From NCBI GenBank assembly GCA_010093705.1, contig MU006090.1, positions 372,001 to 436,000 of the forward strand: DNA of 64,000 bases. Reading direction: 5' to 3'. The notes under the pieces are model-generated. The model made no database searches. It saw nothing but the letters and a program-made list of their open reading frames with translations, and was not told the origin of the DNA. Below are positions 47,476-59,961 of this stretch, piece after piece. A program made the position numbers and the translations under genes. Numbering within the stretch: position 1 is the stretch's first letter; every line of letters begins with the position of its first letter. This DNA is from Patellaria atrata CBS 101060. Lineage: Eukaryota.

Positions 47476-48548
47476 TTTGAAACGAGAGGGAGAGAGGGCT
47501 TCAATGGGTGTTCAATTGGTGGTGGGAGGTTGATGATTGATGGGTTGGAGATGGGATTGGAAGCTTTGGAGGTCTTGAGTGCTTTGGCCGGCTTGGCGGG
47601 TTTGGTGCTGGGGATTATTTCTTCGGTGCGTGATTGGCTAGGGATTTGTTTTGTCGAGGACCTTTAAATCAATCGTCTCTACAGTACTAGGTATAGGCAA
47701 CTTTTCAATAAATTCTCTGCTAACCCAAGTGCAGAAGTTTTGAACTACGGTGTGAATCGTCAGACTTGATATCAACATCCCCGGAATGCTGTTCGAGAGT
47801 ACTAGACACGGTAAGGTATCTTTACTCCGTATCCCAGCTAAATACCTCTTTTGGGGGCCGTTTCTTGTTTCCTTCTAATAATATTTCATCGAGCTACTCT
47901 AGCCCCAGGTGTGGAGGCTGTACCTTGTTGTGATTCCACCGGCCATGGTAGTAGATATCTACGATGAGTTCTGCATTTTCTCTCTTTTCAACTTGACCGA
48001 TACTTCATATTTCCTGACCAATAACCCCCATTTCCTTCTTTAATTTTTTCAAGAAATGTTCGCTATTTGGAGATTTGTACTTTACTTCTAGGTGTCCAAC
48101 AAGCGTACATACCCTGGTGTGTACCGTGGTCATCAAAGAGAAAGAGGTTCGAAATAGAAGCAAGAATATGTCCAGAGGGCAATAATGGAACTTCCTGAGG
48201 GGAAACTCCTCCAAAAGATATCCATCCAAGACCGACGTACTTTGAAGCGTTTATTTGTCAAGGAACCGCCTCGAGCAATTGCAACCTTGCTACCACCGAA
48301 GCACGAATTATATAACTTTATTGACATCGACATAGCGGTATGTCCAACGCCCGTACAATTATACAGATCCAGAACACTAAAAACTTTCAAAGGAACGTAT
48401 TGCTATCAGAAAGTCGTCAATATGTCCCAAATGCCAAGCGTTTGCCAGGCTATATGCTTTAATCGATCATCATAGAGGGACCCTTGGTCAGTGGGATGTA
48501 TCTGATCTCCTCCAACAACCTACTGGTATTCAGTCACAGCCTAGGATC

Positions 48549-50618
48549 ATGTTAGGTAGTTTACAAGATCTTGAACGAGAATCTACATCTTGCTCATCTT
48601 GTCGAAAGCTTCGTAATACGTTTACGACACATATTGGTCCGCGTAGTTCCCCGGAAAAGGCTGATGCACATTTCGTTGAGTTCCGGATAGAAAGTTTCCG
48701 TCAACCGTCATTGCTAGTATGTACCACTATGGATCCAACACTGGAGAAGGAGATCTCAGTGTACGCATTTACTCTAATTGAAGAATCTGTATTTGAGAAA
48801 GCTAATAGTCCAAATACCCTAATCTATGGAAAGCTCCTAGACCCAAGTACTGTGGCAATACAATCTGCGCAAAACTGGATAAACAATTGTGACCGAAATC
48901 ATAGCGGTCACTGCGGTAAACTCCGCATTCAACCACTTGCAGAGCCCATCCCTATAATGACAGTCATTGATCTTGAACATGCGAACCTTGTCGAGGTCTC
49001 TGGGAGTGTACGATATGTTGCTCTGAGTTATGTATGGGGCCAACTTCAGGAGAGTCTAGCTTCGTCAAAGAGTAACTTTGAGATACTCCGCAAACCAGGT
49101 GGCTTAAAGTCCGAGGACATATGGCTTGCTCTTCCTAACACCATTAAGGATGCAATGCAAATGCTTCTTGCTATGGGCGAGCGATACTTATGGGTTGACC
49201 GTCTTTGTATCATCCAGGATGATGCTGAAAATATTGCCTCACAACTGGAATCCATGCAATCCATATACGCAAATGCATACTTTACCCTGGTAGCTGCTGA
49301 CGGCTCTACATCTGATCATGGATTACCTGGTGTGGAGGGTGGATCTACACCTGTCTCCCGTCAACAAAATATATGGGACTTGTCTCCATTTTGTAAGATA
49401 CTTTTGGTACAGCGTGATGTTGAATCCGAAGTTACAGGTTCTATCTGGAGCCGACGAGCATGGACTTTCCAAGAGGAACTTCTTTCTCGAAGGTTACTCA
49501 TTTACGTTAACAGGCATTTACGCTGGCACTGTCTAGAGGCCACTTGGAGGGAAGACTTGAACGACGTTACAGACGAGACTGAGGGTCCACTTCAGCGAGC
49601 AGCCAAGTTACGCGTATCCTCACGGTTTTCTAGATCCGTCTCCGGTTGGAATAAACAGCTAGGGGCAAAGCAGCGATCATTCTACCATTGGGCAAGAATA
49701 GCATCTGCATATTCTTACCGCCGTTTGTCATTTCAAAAGGACAAACTCAATGCGTTAGGGGGAATAATGAACATGTTGAGCGACATGTTCGAGACCTCTT
49801 TCCATTTCGGGCTACCTGAATGTTATTTCCACGAGACACTTTTGTGGCAGCCTAGATCACACGGAACTGGAATGGACTCTGGTTTGATTTCAAGACTAGA
49901 AGGTGAACCGGATGGTTTCCATCGAAATACCGTCTTCCCCAGTTGGTCATGGGCTGGTTGGGCTGGTGATGGTATTGAATGGGCTCATGGGGGTTTAGCT
50001 CAGTACAGTCCGCAAGTATACCCTACAACAACTTGGTACAAAATAGGGACTATAAATAACGAGAATCCGTCGTTAGCGAGAATACTCCAAAGCAAACGAA
50101 TGATTATAGAGAAGTTCCACCCAAGAGCACAAGATTGTCAGAGATTCGATGAACCTTTGGTACCTCCCTACGACAATGTTCCAGTTGATACAAGCTCGAA
50201 CTTATCCCCAACTCGACATTGGAGCCTCTATTTATTTTGCCAAACCGATCGTATCTTTCTTACTATTGGAGCAAGACCTGGATATCCACCTTCAGGGCAA
50301 CCGATCCCACATTTCCTTCAGTGGCATTGGTGCTTCACAGAGAATTACCATAGTTTGTTGGATAGAGATGGAGCATGGGCTGGCAACATATTGATTCCTA
50401 AAAACCCCGCGAACGCTTCTATCGAAGGTACGACTTGTGAACTCATCAATATCTCTGCTGGGGAGCACTCTACAGGCACGGGCAAACTCCACAAGTGGTA
50501 TAATGTCCTTTGGATAGCGATGGATGAGGGGGTAGCGTATAGAAGAGCACTTGGAATGGTCTGTAAGGATTCATGGGAGAATGAAAAGCCAGAAAAGATC
50601 GATATCCTAATAGGTTGA
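48549..50618 (+). CDS. Heterokaryon incompatibility (HET, PF06985-like) domain protein
   Basis: WINNCDRNH, YVALSYVWG, LPNTIKDAM, RYLWVDRLCIIQDD, WSRRAWTFQE, FPSWSWAGW. The 5' end may extend upstream. Confidence 0.93.
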   Translation: MLGSLQDLERESTSCSSCRKLRNTFTTHIGPRSSPEKADAHFVEFRIESFRQPSLLVCTTMDPTLEKEISVYAFTLIEESVFEKANSPNTLIYGKLLDPSTVAIQSAQNWINNCDRNHSGHCGKLRIQPLAEPIPIMTVIDLEHANLVEVSGSVRYVALSYVWGQLQESLASSKSNFEILRKPGGLKSEDIWLALPNTIKDAMQMLLAMGERYLWVDRLCIIQDDAENIASQLESMQSIYANAYFTLVAADGSTSDHGLPGVEGGSTPVSRQQNIWDLSPFCKILLVQRDVESEVTGSIWSRRAWTFQEELLSRRLLIYVNRHLRWHCLEATWREDLNDVTDETEGPLQRAAKLRVSSRFSRSVSGWNKQLGAKQRSFYHWARIASAYSYRRLSFQKDKLNALGGIMNMLSDMFETSFHFGLPECYFHETLLWQPRSHGTGMDSGLISRLEGEPDGFHRNTVFPSWSWAGWAGDGIEWAHGGLAQYSPQVYPTTTWYKIGTINNENPSLARILQSKRMIIEKFHPRAQDCQRFDEPLVPPYDNVPVDTSSNLSPTRHWSLYLFCQTDRIFLTIGARPGYPPSGQPIPHFLQWHWCFTENYHSLLDRDGAWAGNILIPKNPANASIEGTTCELINISAGEHSTGTGKLHKWYNVLWIAMDEGVAYRRALGMVCKDSWENEKPEKIDILIG

Positions 50619-51164
50619 GTTACAGTATACAATTTTTGAAACTATGTATTTCTATTTTCCAGGCCCATAATAGCTTTAGAAACGAGCTACTGTACCTTCC
50701 CGTAGTAGTACAAAGTTCTGGTTTCGCAGTTCTGTGATTTGGGACTATTTTCAAAACATCGTCAACTTCGTAGAACCACAGTACTGTACGAATTCAAGTC
50801 AGCGTTTACCGGATGTAGAAGACTCACATGAATTCATATCCACGTATACTTATTTACTTAGGTGGCTGATAGACACGAAAGACACCTAAAGGGTCTTCGA
50901 CCCTTAACCCTATGTAGGTACCTTAGTAAGTTTTGGCCCCCAAACATTCGTGCCTGAAATTCTGAACCTCGAAGAGGAGAACCTGCTCCAATTCTTAATA
51001 CTTCATACACTATTATGCTTTCCACAATATCTTCCATCTATGATAAGAGTAATACGTTATTAAAAACTTGGATCTCTCAAGTTTTGGGCGATTCAGTGAT
51101 GCGTTGGTGCCCCTAATTCAACCTGTAAAGCGCGCCTCAATGGCTCCGCAGAATAAGCATAGAG

Positions 51165-54100
51165 ATGGAGAGGATATTGATCCCGAAGGTGAGTTCATTA
51201 GTACCATCACCATTTAGATTCTTGGTTAACATAGAAAGACTTGTCTAATAAACAGGAGTCAAGCTCTCCTGAACTTTACGACTTATCTCTCGACGAATTA
51301 CCGGAAGCAACTCTTAGGATTTATGATACAACAATTCCAACTCGGAAGAGACATCAGGTTGAAGAGCATTATAATCTTAGTACCACGTTAGATAATAACC
51401 TCCTTTTCCCTAGCCCGCACGAAAGTCATGGGTTTGAGAATAATTTAGCGCTCTCACTTAGTCTAAATCCGCCATATCTCAGACCCGGAGATCCTGTTAC
51501 GCATATCAAATCTGTACCGGATGGCCTGAACACGCATTCTTCAAGACTTATAACGCTCCCAGATGGGATCATACTTACGCCTATAGCTATAGACTCTAGA
51601 CTTGAAACGCACTCTGATCGTGGTTCATTGTCTTTAGAAACTCATCAAAGGACCTCAAAAAATGATGGATTACAACTTAGTCAGAAGGACAACGACTATA
51701 TATCGGCTAATGAAGAAATCCAAGCGCAGACTGACAATCAACGTCCCTTTAGGAGCGGCAGTATCTTTCATGAAATGTCGTTAAGAGTAACGACATTAAA
51801 GGATGAAAATCATAGCGCCGTCCATAAGCTCGTGGAAAATGACCAGGAATCTAAAAGTCACAAATACGACCCTCTAAAAGGTAGAACATTAGGAGTGTTC
51901 TCGTCAAGCAACATAATAAGAAGGAGAGCTTTCGATATATTGACTCATCCACTGACAGAGCCGTTTGTGCTCTTACTCTTGATTGCGCAGATGATTATTT
52001 CGATAGTCGAAACAAGCCGTAATCTCCGCTCACCAGAAACTCGACCTTCATGGAGCGGCTCATCCATTGATTATGCATACCTCTCCATCTTCATTTTATA
52101 CACGTTGGAGATGTTCATCAAGATCATTGCATTAGGGTCATTCTTTACTCCACCAGAATATCGCCAGGGGCAGAGCAGAAAAAATGCTTTCTACACCATA
52201 ATTACTCGAGAAAGGTTTCGGTTTTTCGCACCTCAACGTCCACACTTCCCAAAGAATATCCACCAGAATAGAACCAGTCATGTTATAGAGACAAGACCGT
52301 CAATACTCGAAGGCGTCACAGTCCCGAAACACTACGTTCCTCAGGCAAGGTATCCATTTTTCAGATCAGGTTATAATCAGTTGGACTTCATCTCCGTGTC
52401 AGCATTTTGGATCGCACTAGCGCTCAGATTACATGGTCAAGAAGTCAAAAGATATGTTTCCGTATTTCAGATGCTCAGTTCGCTCCGTCTTCTAAGGCTT
52501 CTGTTCCTCACTTCCGGCACAACTGTCAGTAAATACTCCCCCCTTATTTGCATAACTAATTCATCTAGCGGCTCATACGCACCATGAGAAAAGCTGCTCC
52601 TTTATTAGCGTATACTTCTTTCTTCTTTGCGTTCGCTTGGCTACTATTTGGTCTAATAGGAGTGCAAAGCTTTGCGTCAGGTCTAAAACGTTCCTGCATT
52701 TGGATAGGCCCAGGCCGAATTTCGGCCAACTACACAAGTGCTCAGCACTGCGGAGGAAATATTGATAACAGAAACTATAAATCTTCTTGGCTGACTAGCG
52801 AAGGTGCTTATAGCACCGATACACCTGATGGTTATCTATGTCAACCGGGGTCCTTGTGTGTTGAGAAAAGGAACCCTTTCAACGACACGGTCAGCTTTGA
52901 TAATATCCTTCATTCCCTGGAGCAAGTATACATTATACTATCAACCAACACATTTTCGGATACCCTTTATGCTCTTACGATGAGTAAATCACTTGCTGCT
53001 GTATTTTGTAAGGCAAAATCTATCTTTGGAACTGCTATCTACTAACCGTTTAAGATTTTGTCGTAACATTCATCATTCTATCTCTTTGTCTCGCGAATCA
53101 GGTATATCTTGAATCACCTCGATCTTCGTTGTTTCAAAGTGAGAGAATTGTGGGCTAACATTTCCAGTTTACATCGATCATAGTATATTATTACGCTGTC
53201 ACAAAAGATGAGGACCAGTCTAAAGCTTTTAAAGAGGATGACAAGAAGTCGAATGCTTCGACTGTACATAATCCAGTGGAGACAATCGACCAGGAAGAGA
53301 CTGGGGTCACCCGTCGAATTGTAACGTCAATCACCCGTATTTGGTTTAAAAAGCTTGATCCAGTTTGGATTATTGTAATTCTGTATGGACTATTGGTACA
53401 ATGCTTCCGGACGGCAAATATGACTTCCACACGTCAATTGTTTTTAGGTTTGTCTTGGTCGATTAAGCTGATTCCTGCACTGACTAATTTTGCAGATACC
53501 TCGGAGAGGGTAGTTACAGCTACACTGTTTATCGAAATTATCCTCCGTTTAGCTATGGGGAAAAAGCTCTTCTTCAAGAATGGAAGAGATATAATGGACC
53601 TTGTTTTGGCTCTAGCTACTGCGATTATTCAACTCCCTGCTATCCATAATTCCGGCCAAGTCTATGCGTGGTTGACAATTTTTCAAATCCTTCGAATCTA
53701 CAGAATAACACTCGTGCTTTCACCCTCGCGCGAATTACTTGTCTGTCCTACATACCTCATATACCATTTAAGCTGACAATTTATAGCTTGTAGTGTTTCA
53801 AGACATCGCACCGCTGCTACGTTTCTTTCTATTCATCGCGCTAACTACTCTCATCTTTGCGATATTTGGAGCGCAACTCTTTGGAGGGCACATACCAGAA
53901 GATCGTAGCGATGGCCAGTGGATCAATGTACATTTTTCTACACTTTACAACTCTTTCTTCGGAATCTACCAAATACTTTCTGGTCGTGATTGGACTACAA
54001 TATTGTATGATATCACAGGATCAGAAAAAAGCCATAATCTTGCCTGGTTTGGAGCAACTTTCTGCATTATTTTTTCGATGCTCAGTCTATGTAAGATACT

Positions 54101-57100
54101 AATAATATGTCTGTAACGTTATGTTTGCTGATTGTTGCAGTTCTACTTCGGAATCTGTGTCTTGCTATCTTACGTGGTAGCTTCGAAATCTCCGAGGACG
54201 AAAAACGGCTGAGCCAAGTGAAAAAGTTCTTGAAACAAAAGTACAATAACGAACAACGGTGTGTCCAGGATTTTCTATGGATTCTCAAACTGGGGCTAAA
54301 GCTGATAAAGATTAACAGAGGTACCTCGATCACCGACGGACTAGCACATTGGTATGAAAACACTCTTCAGCAGATGGGTCATATCCCAGAACTTACTAGC
54401 ATATTATTTCATAACTCTGGAGAAGAGCTGGGTTCAGATGACGAACCCCCAAGAGATTCCATGCGAGACGGGCTGAAGGCAATTGAGCAAATCCCCCCTC
54501 TCGTGGCTAATATTCGATCCCTCCTCAATTTTCTTCGTCGGCCATTCAATAACCCCTTTTTTACGCAAGCAGAAAACTGGTTCGACGACAGTGATGACCC
54601 GATAATGGCTGCCAAAAATATAGTTATACGATCAGAACGAATAAGAAAACTCCAGCGTGAATACCTAAGAGCACACCCTAACTTCAATAACTCACTATTC
54701 ATCTTTACACCGGCAAACAGATTTCGGAAAATATGCATGAGACTGCTCGGTCCCGTGGTCGGTGAGCGAATAGAAGGTGTCGTCCCAACTAAAGGCCTTT
54801 GGTACTTCTTTTCCCTTCTGATCTACCTCTCGATTTTGGCACAAACAATTTTGACATGCATCGCGACTCCCTTATACCAGAGACGATATTTTGAGGAACA
54901 TAATTTCAGCATGAACAATTGGATAACCATGTCTGATTTAGGGTTCTGTGTTATTTTTACCATAGAATTTCTGGTTTCGACGGTGGCGAACGGTTTCTTC
55001 TACACCCCGAATGGTTACGTTCGTTCTCTATGGGGTTCGAGTTCTTTTTCTGTGCTCATTGTTCAATGGGTGATCTTAGGCTCATCCATACTTCACGGAG
55101 GTGCTACCTCACGAACAATAGGCACTCTCAAAGCTTTGCGAAGTATTCGGCTACTTCAACTTGTTCATAAGCCGCAGATCAGCTCGGATTTCAGTTCCTT
55201 CTTCATTTCTGGTAGAAAACGGCTTTTCTCTGTATGCATGCTGAAGCCACCCCTACCTGCTCTACATTCAGCAAACTAACACTGACAAAGGCAATTCTGG
55301 TCGCATTCTTTATCCTACTTGGTTCTTCAATATACGCTCTAAATCTCTTTAACGGCCAGATGCTTGCTTGCAATGATAGAGGTAACGGTATCACCTCAGT
55401 TTCGCAGTGCAGTAATGAGTATCTTAGCAAACCTCTTGGTTGGAACATACTTACTCCACGTTATACCACTAACCCAGGTTACTCTTTCGACAACTTTGGG
55501 GCTTCCTTGTTCATATTATTTCAAATACTGTCCCTCGAGGGATGGGTCGAGGTTATGTGGAACACCATGGATGCTACCAGTCCTGGGATGCCTCGCACCC
55601 ATGGAAGTTCGAAATGGAACTCAATTTTCTTCATCTTCTTCAATCTACTAAGTTTGTTCTTCATCTTAGGGCTCTTTACAGCTGTTTTTATGTACAATTA
55701 CGCTTTTGAAACGGGCGTAGCCCATGACAGTCCCGAGCAACGCCTTTGGGGAGAGATGAAAGAGCTCCTACGAACTATTTCCCCCGTATATGCTCCATCA
55801 CCAAAGGAAAACCGAAATCGATGGCAGCTTTGGTGCAGTCAGAGGGGTCGAAATCATGGTGTTTGGTATGGACTGATCAGTTGTGCTCTGGTTTTCCAAT
55901 TGATCATCATGTGCATGGAATTTTACCCACAAAGTGAAATTTGGCATCGCAGTAAGGGTAGGTTGAAATATCTCTCTGACTTTTACTCTTTTGGAGTCTC
56001 TGTTACTAGTCACTTGCCGTACACATTTCAGAATCAGAGTAGTGTCAAGCCAAGTGATGACACTTCTCGACATTTACACCGTAAATGAGAGGTCTTCTAA
56101 AGTGTACACGTACTCAGGAGTATCTTGAAAAGACGATGAATTTCAAAAAAGTTCAACCGTGTGGCTTACAATACTTACAGACGCCTTGTATTTTATCCTA
56201 GTCCTATTATACATCACAGATATCCTCATTCGTATTTGTGGCGGTACATGGACAATCAATTACCATCACAATCCGTGGGATCTATATGGAGCGATCACAG
56301 TAACCGGTGCCCTTATAACTAATATTCTTGTCTTAGTCAACTGGGACCGGAGGGTATATCAACTCAGCCATGGCCTATTTTTGGTTTTCCTCATGGGATT
56401 ACTCATCCCTAGAGTGAGAGTTCTGAAACGAATCTTCCAAACCACGGTGATAGGCCTAAATTCCACATATCATATCTTATTGGTCTGGCTCGTCTTCTAC
56501 GTGATATATGCCATTGCTTTCACGCAATGCTTTGGTCTGACCAAGTTCAATCGTCACGAGAACATAAACGTCAACTTCCGCAGTACATCGAAAACGTTTG
56601 TCCTCTTGTTCCGAATGAGCTTTGGAAAAGGGTGGAATGATATCATGGAAGATTTTGCCACTATGAGGTTCCCCACTTGTGTCCCTACCACCACTCCTTT
56701 CAGTGAGGATTGCGGTAGTGCGGGATGGGCAAGATTCCTCTTCATCTCTTGGAACATTCTCAACAAATTCATATTCATCAATATGATTATCGCTATCATA
56801 TATAACAGCGTGAACTCCGTCTATCACCAAACTACAGGGGTCACACTGCTTAGCATAGATGAAATCCGCCGCTTTCAAGAAGTCTGGGCTAGGTTCGATC
56901 CGAAGGGAACGAAATACATCTCCAAGGAAGACATACCACATGTCCTATCCGTAAGTAATCTATCCTCATTCCTCTACATCATACTTACAACGCCCATAGC
57001 AATTATCCGGTATCTTCGAGATGAAGATTTACACAGGTGAATCCACCATCCCGCAAATCATAAACGCCTGCAAGACCGATACACAAGTTCCCCATCTTCC

Positions 57101-57553
57101 GGGCACCGCTTCCCGCACCATCATCAATCTAGACTTGGATCGTTTGAACCAGTGTATAGCAGACATAGACGTCGCTGCGATCCGTCGGCGGCGTAAACGA
57201 TACCGTCTCCTGCACGAGGAACTGATGGTGTCAGCCGATCCCGACAAAGGTCTACATATCACGAGGATGCTACAGATATTAGCGTACTACACCCTCGTTG
57301 ACGAAACCACGACCTATCTCCGGTTTGTTTTGTTCCATTCCAATTCCCGCTGCTCCTTTACTGACGCATATCTCATAGTCTCGAAGAGTTCCTCCGACGC
57401 AGAGCGCGGCTTCATCGTATAGAAGAGGCGGTTAGAAGGGAATTGGTAACCGGGTTTCTCAAAGTCATTTATTGGTCTGGGAGGTTTCGGGGAAGAAAGA
57501 GAGGTAATCTGGACAGCTTTAGTAGCTATTGGGGTAGCCTTGCAGGGGCCTGA
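51165..57553 (+). CDS. Divergent Cch1-family four-domain cation channel (~1857 aa, 12 predicted introns)
   Basis: Cch1 landmarks in order (LTHPLTEPFVLLL, LRLLRLL..TSGT, KAAPLL, SFDNILHSLE, SEDEKRL.QVK.FL, NNSLFIF, SFDNFGASLFILFQI, NFRS..K..VLLFRMSFG, LEEFLRRRARL). Introns 51189-51255, 52525-52568, 53008-53054, 53102-53167, 53448-53495, 53741-53786, 54091-54140, 54259-54318, 55232-55290, 55958-56180, 56951-56999, 57323-57378 give one stop-free 5574-nt frame. Confidence 0.9.
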
Positions 57554-57582
57554 AACCTGAGGGTGAGTGAATATATAACCGT

Positions 57583-57623
57583 CCGCATATTAGGGATGAT
57601 GGCCATGGGATCGGTTCGCCGAT
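57583..57623 (-). repeat. Diverged partial copy of kinase sequence at 59540-59580
   Basis: 37 of 41 nt identical; encodes IGEPIPWPSSLICG versus IGEPVPWPSPLISG. Confidence 0.75.
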
Positions 57624-58629
57624 AAAGTGTGATTCGATACAAGGTGGAGAGCAAACATTATTTACAGCTTCGGTTTTCCTATCCATAACGCAGTGATTTC
57701 CTTTCGTTGCGTTGCTAGACCCTCCGCGCGCCCTCATCCTCCACCATAACCGAATCCAACACGCCATTATCGAATCATGCTCGCGATGCCAACGTGGGAG
57801 CCCGTGGTGCATACACACCCACATTGACGTAAATAACCATACCGGTTAGTGCCACCGTCCCAATAAGCATGATGACCCACCATAAGACCCAAGATTGTCG
57901 CGGATGGTGAGAACGACCGTGGTGTAGGCGTAACTTTGTCCCAACCAACCCCGCTCTATTCTTATATTCAGGTTCCATCATCATAGTAGGTATAGAGGGA
58001 CGCTGACAGCAGTAGGGGTTTGAGGCGGTTGAACTGGCGGGATGGCGGGTAACTGGATCGAGAGGCTATTGTCGCGAGCGTGAACGAATGAGTGCACCGT
58101 GTTGAGGTTCTGTATTTACCACGGTGTGAGATGTAGGATCCGTGTGATCTGCCATTTCGAATGAGGTCTTGAGTCGCTTTGATGCGTGTTTTGCCAGTAG
58201 GAAGTACTGTGAGGAGGATTACGGTGAAGCTGGAAGAGAAATTTAAGCCGGTAAAGGGCATTCTTGATTGATAGGTTGGTAATTTATCATGAATCTAACT
58301 AAGTTCTCACGGTCGAAGTTCTATTCGGTTGAGTGCCCACGGCAGGAATGGTAAGGCAGAGTCTAACTGTTCAACCGCTGTTTCCAGAAACTAGATCCTT
58401 ATTTAGGTTTGAGAACTCATGGTTCTATTCTTTAGTTTTGCTTCCGTATCATGGGAAAGTATACGGACACTTCAAAACGCCCTTTTAGACCCGAGCTAAC
58501 TATAGGAATGCTGTATGCCCCAGTGGGGAGGAGCTGTATTGTCCGTAGACGGATTCCTGCTCTAGATAGTTCCTCCAGGGTATACAAGCCATATTGGGCA
58601 GGAATCCCCATACGGACAATACGGACAAT

Positions 58630-59961
58630 TCAACCCCCTAACCCCCCCAACTCCCCCACCATCTCCCCCGCAACTCTCCTCTCCCCCGGCGGCCTCCCAA
58701 AAATCCCCCCCAAAAACCCCAAAAGATCCCACCCCAGCGCCTCCCTCAACCCCCTCACCCTCTCCGCCCCCCGTCCCCCCACACAAGCAAGCGGATCCAT
58801 ACTCCGCGCCATCTCCCTTCTCAACAGTAAATTCGCTCCCGCGGCTTCGAAGGGCGCGGATCCGGTAGCGATGAAGAGGAGGACCAGGGCCGCGGCGTAG
58901 ACGTCTGAGGATTCGGTTGGGAGGGGAAGGGGGTTTTGGTTTTGGGTTTGGGATTTGGGGCGTCGGAGGAGTTCCGGGGCTGTGTAGTCCCATGTCCCGC
59001 CTGCTATGGGGGGCGTGTGGTTCGTGTGTGTTGGGAAGGAGGCGGAGAAGTCGGTTAGGAGGAGTTTGGGGGCCGCATCTGGAGTTTGTGTGTCTGTTGA
59101 AGTTGAGGTTGAGGTTGAGGTAGAGGTTGAGCCGGGACAAACGAGGATATTCCCCGGTTTGAGATCCGCGTGCACGACGCCCGCCACATCGTGTAACCAG
59201 GCGAGGGCGGCGAAGAGCTGAGTTGCCATGTCTGTGAAGACGGGGGCGAGGAGGGCGGTGCGTGTGGGTGTTGGGAGGGGGTTTAGGGCGCTGATGTAGG
59301 ATTCGAGGGAGGATGGGAGGGCGGACATGAGGATTGCGCCGTTGCGGGGGTCGAGGCCGTGGAAGGGGACGATGTGCGTTGAGTGATTTGGGAGAGAGGT
59401 GAGGCGGGTTAGGGTACGGGCTTCGGATTCGAGGACGGGGTGGGACATGCGGTCGGCGGGGAGCTTGACGGCGAAGAGGTGGAGTCGAGATTTGGGTTTA
59501 GGTTTGGTGGTGCTGGGTTCTTGGGGTGGAGATGGGCGGCCGGATATTAGGGGTGATGGCCATGGGACTGGTTCGCCGATGTATACGGTACTCCAGTTAC
59601 CTTCGCCGAGCCTCCTCTTCTTGTCTATGATATAGTCGACAGGAGAGCAGGTCTGGAAGTTCATCAGGGGCTGCTTCTCCTGTAAGAGCTCTTCCGAGTC
59701 TTTGCTGTTGCTGTTGGATCCAAATATGGTCTCTAAAGGGCTCTCTGGTGGAGTGTAGACATTATTTGAAGCCTGACCATAGCGAGTTGTTCCTATGGGA
59801 ACTGCAAAGAGGGTTCCATGGGATGTCTTATGAACTCGTGGTTGTGCCTCTCCCTGTACGGAGGTATGTACTTGAGGGGAACACCTTTCATCGCCAGGTG
59901 AAGATGTCAATCTTCCAGATCGAGTCTCACGATCATCTAGACTCGAGCGTGGAGTATACAT
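58630..59961 (-). CDS. Fungal Ser/Thr protein kinase-like protein (intronless)
   Basis: LGEGNWSTVY, FAVK, VVHADLKPGNIL, LTDFSAS (DFG->DFS), GTWDYTAPE, SDVY. Contains an (ST)n microsatellite-encoded insert. Confidence 0.9.
   Translation of the reverse strand: MYTPRSSLDDRETRSGRLTSSPGDERCSPQVHTSVQGEAQPRVHKTSHGTLFAVPIGTTRYGQASNNVYTPPESPLETIFGSNSNSKDSEELLQEKQPLMNFQTCSPVDYIIDKKRRLGEGNWSTVYIGEPVPWPSPLISGRPSPPQEPSTTKPKPKSRLHLFAVKLPADRMSHPVLESEARTLTRLTSLPNHSTHIVPFHGLDPRNGAILMSALPSSLESYISALNPLPTPTRTALLAPVFTDMATQLFAALAWLHDVAGVVHADLKPGNILVCPGSTSTSTSTSTSTDTQTPDAAPKLLLTDFSASFPTHTNHTPPIAGGTWDYTAPELLRRPKSQTQNQNPLPLPTESSDVYAAALVLLFIATGSAPFEAAGANLLLRREMARSMDPLACVGGRGAERVRGLREALGWDLLGFLGGIFGRPPGERRVAGEMVGELGGLGG

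Noticed and set aside
55958..56180. Long channel intron with GTGATGA (C-box-like) as a C/D snoRNA
   Set aside because: No downstream CTGA D box or terminal stem found.
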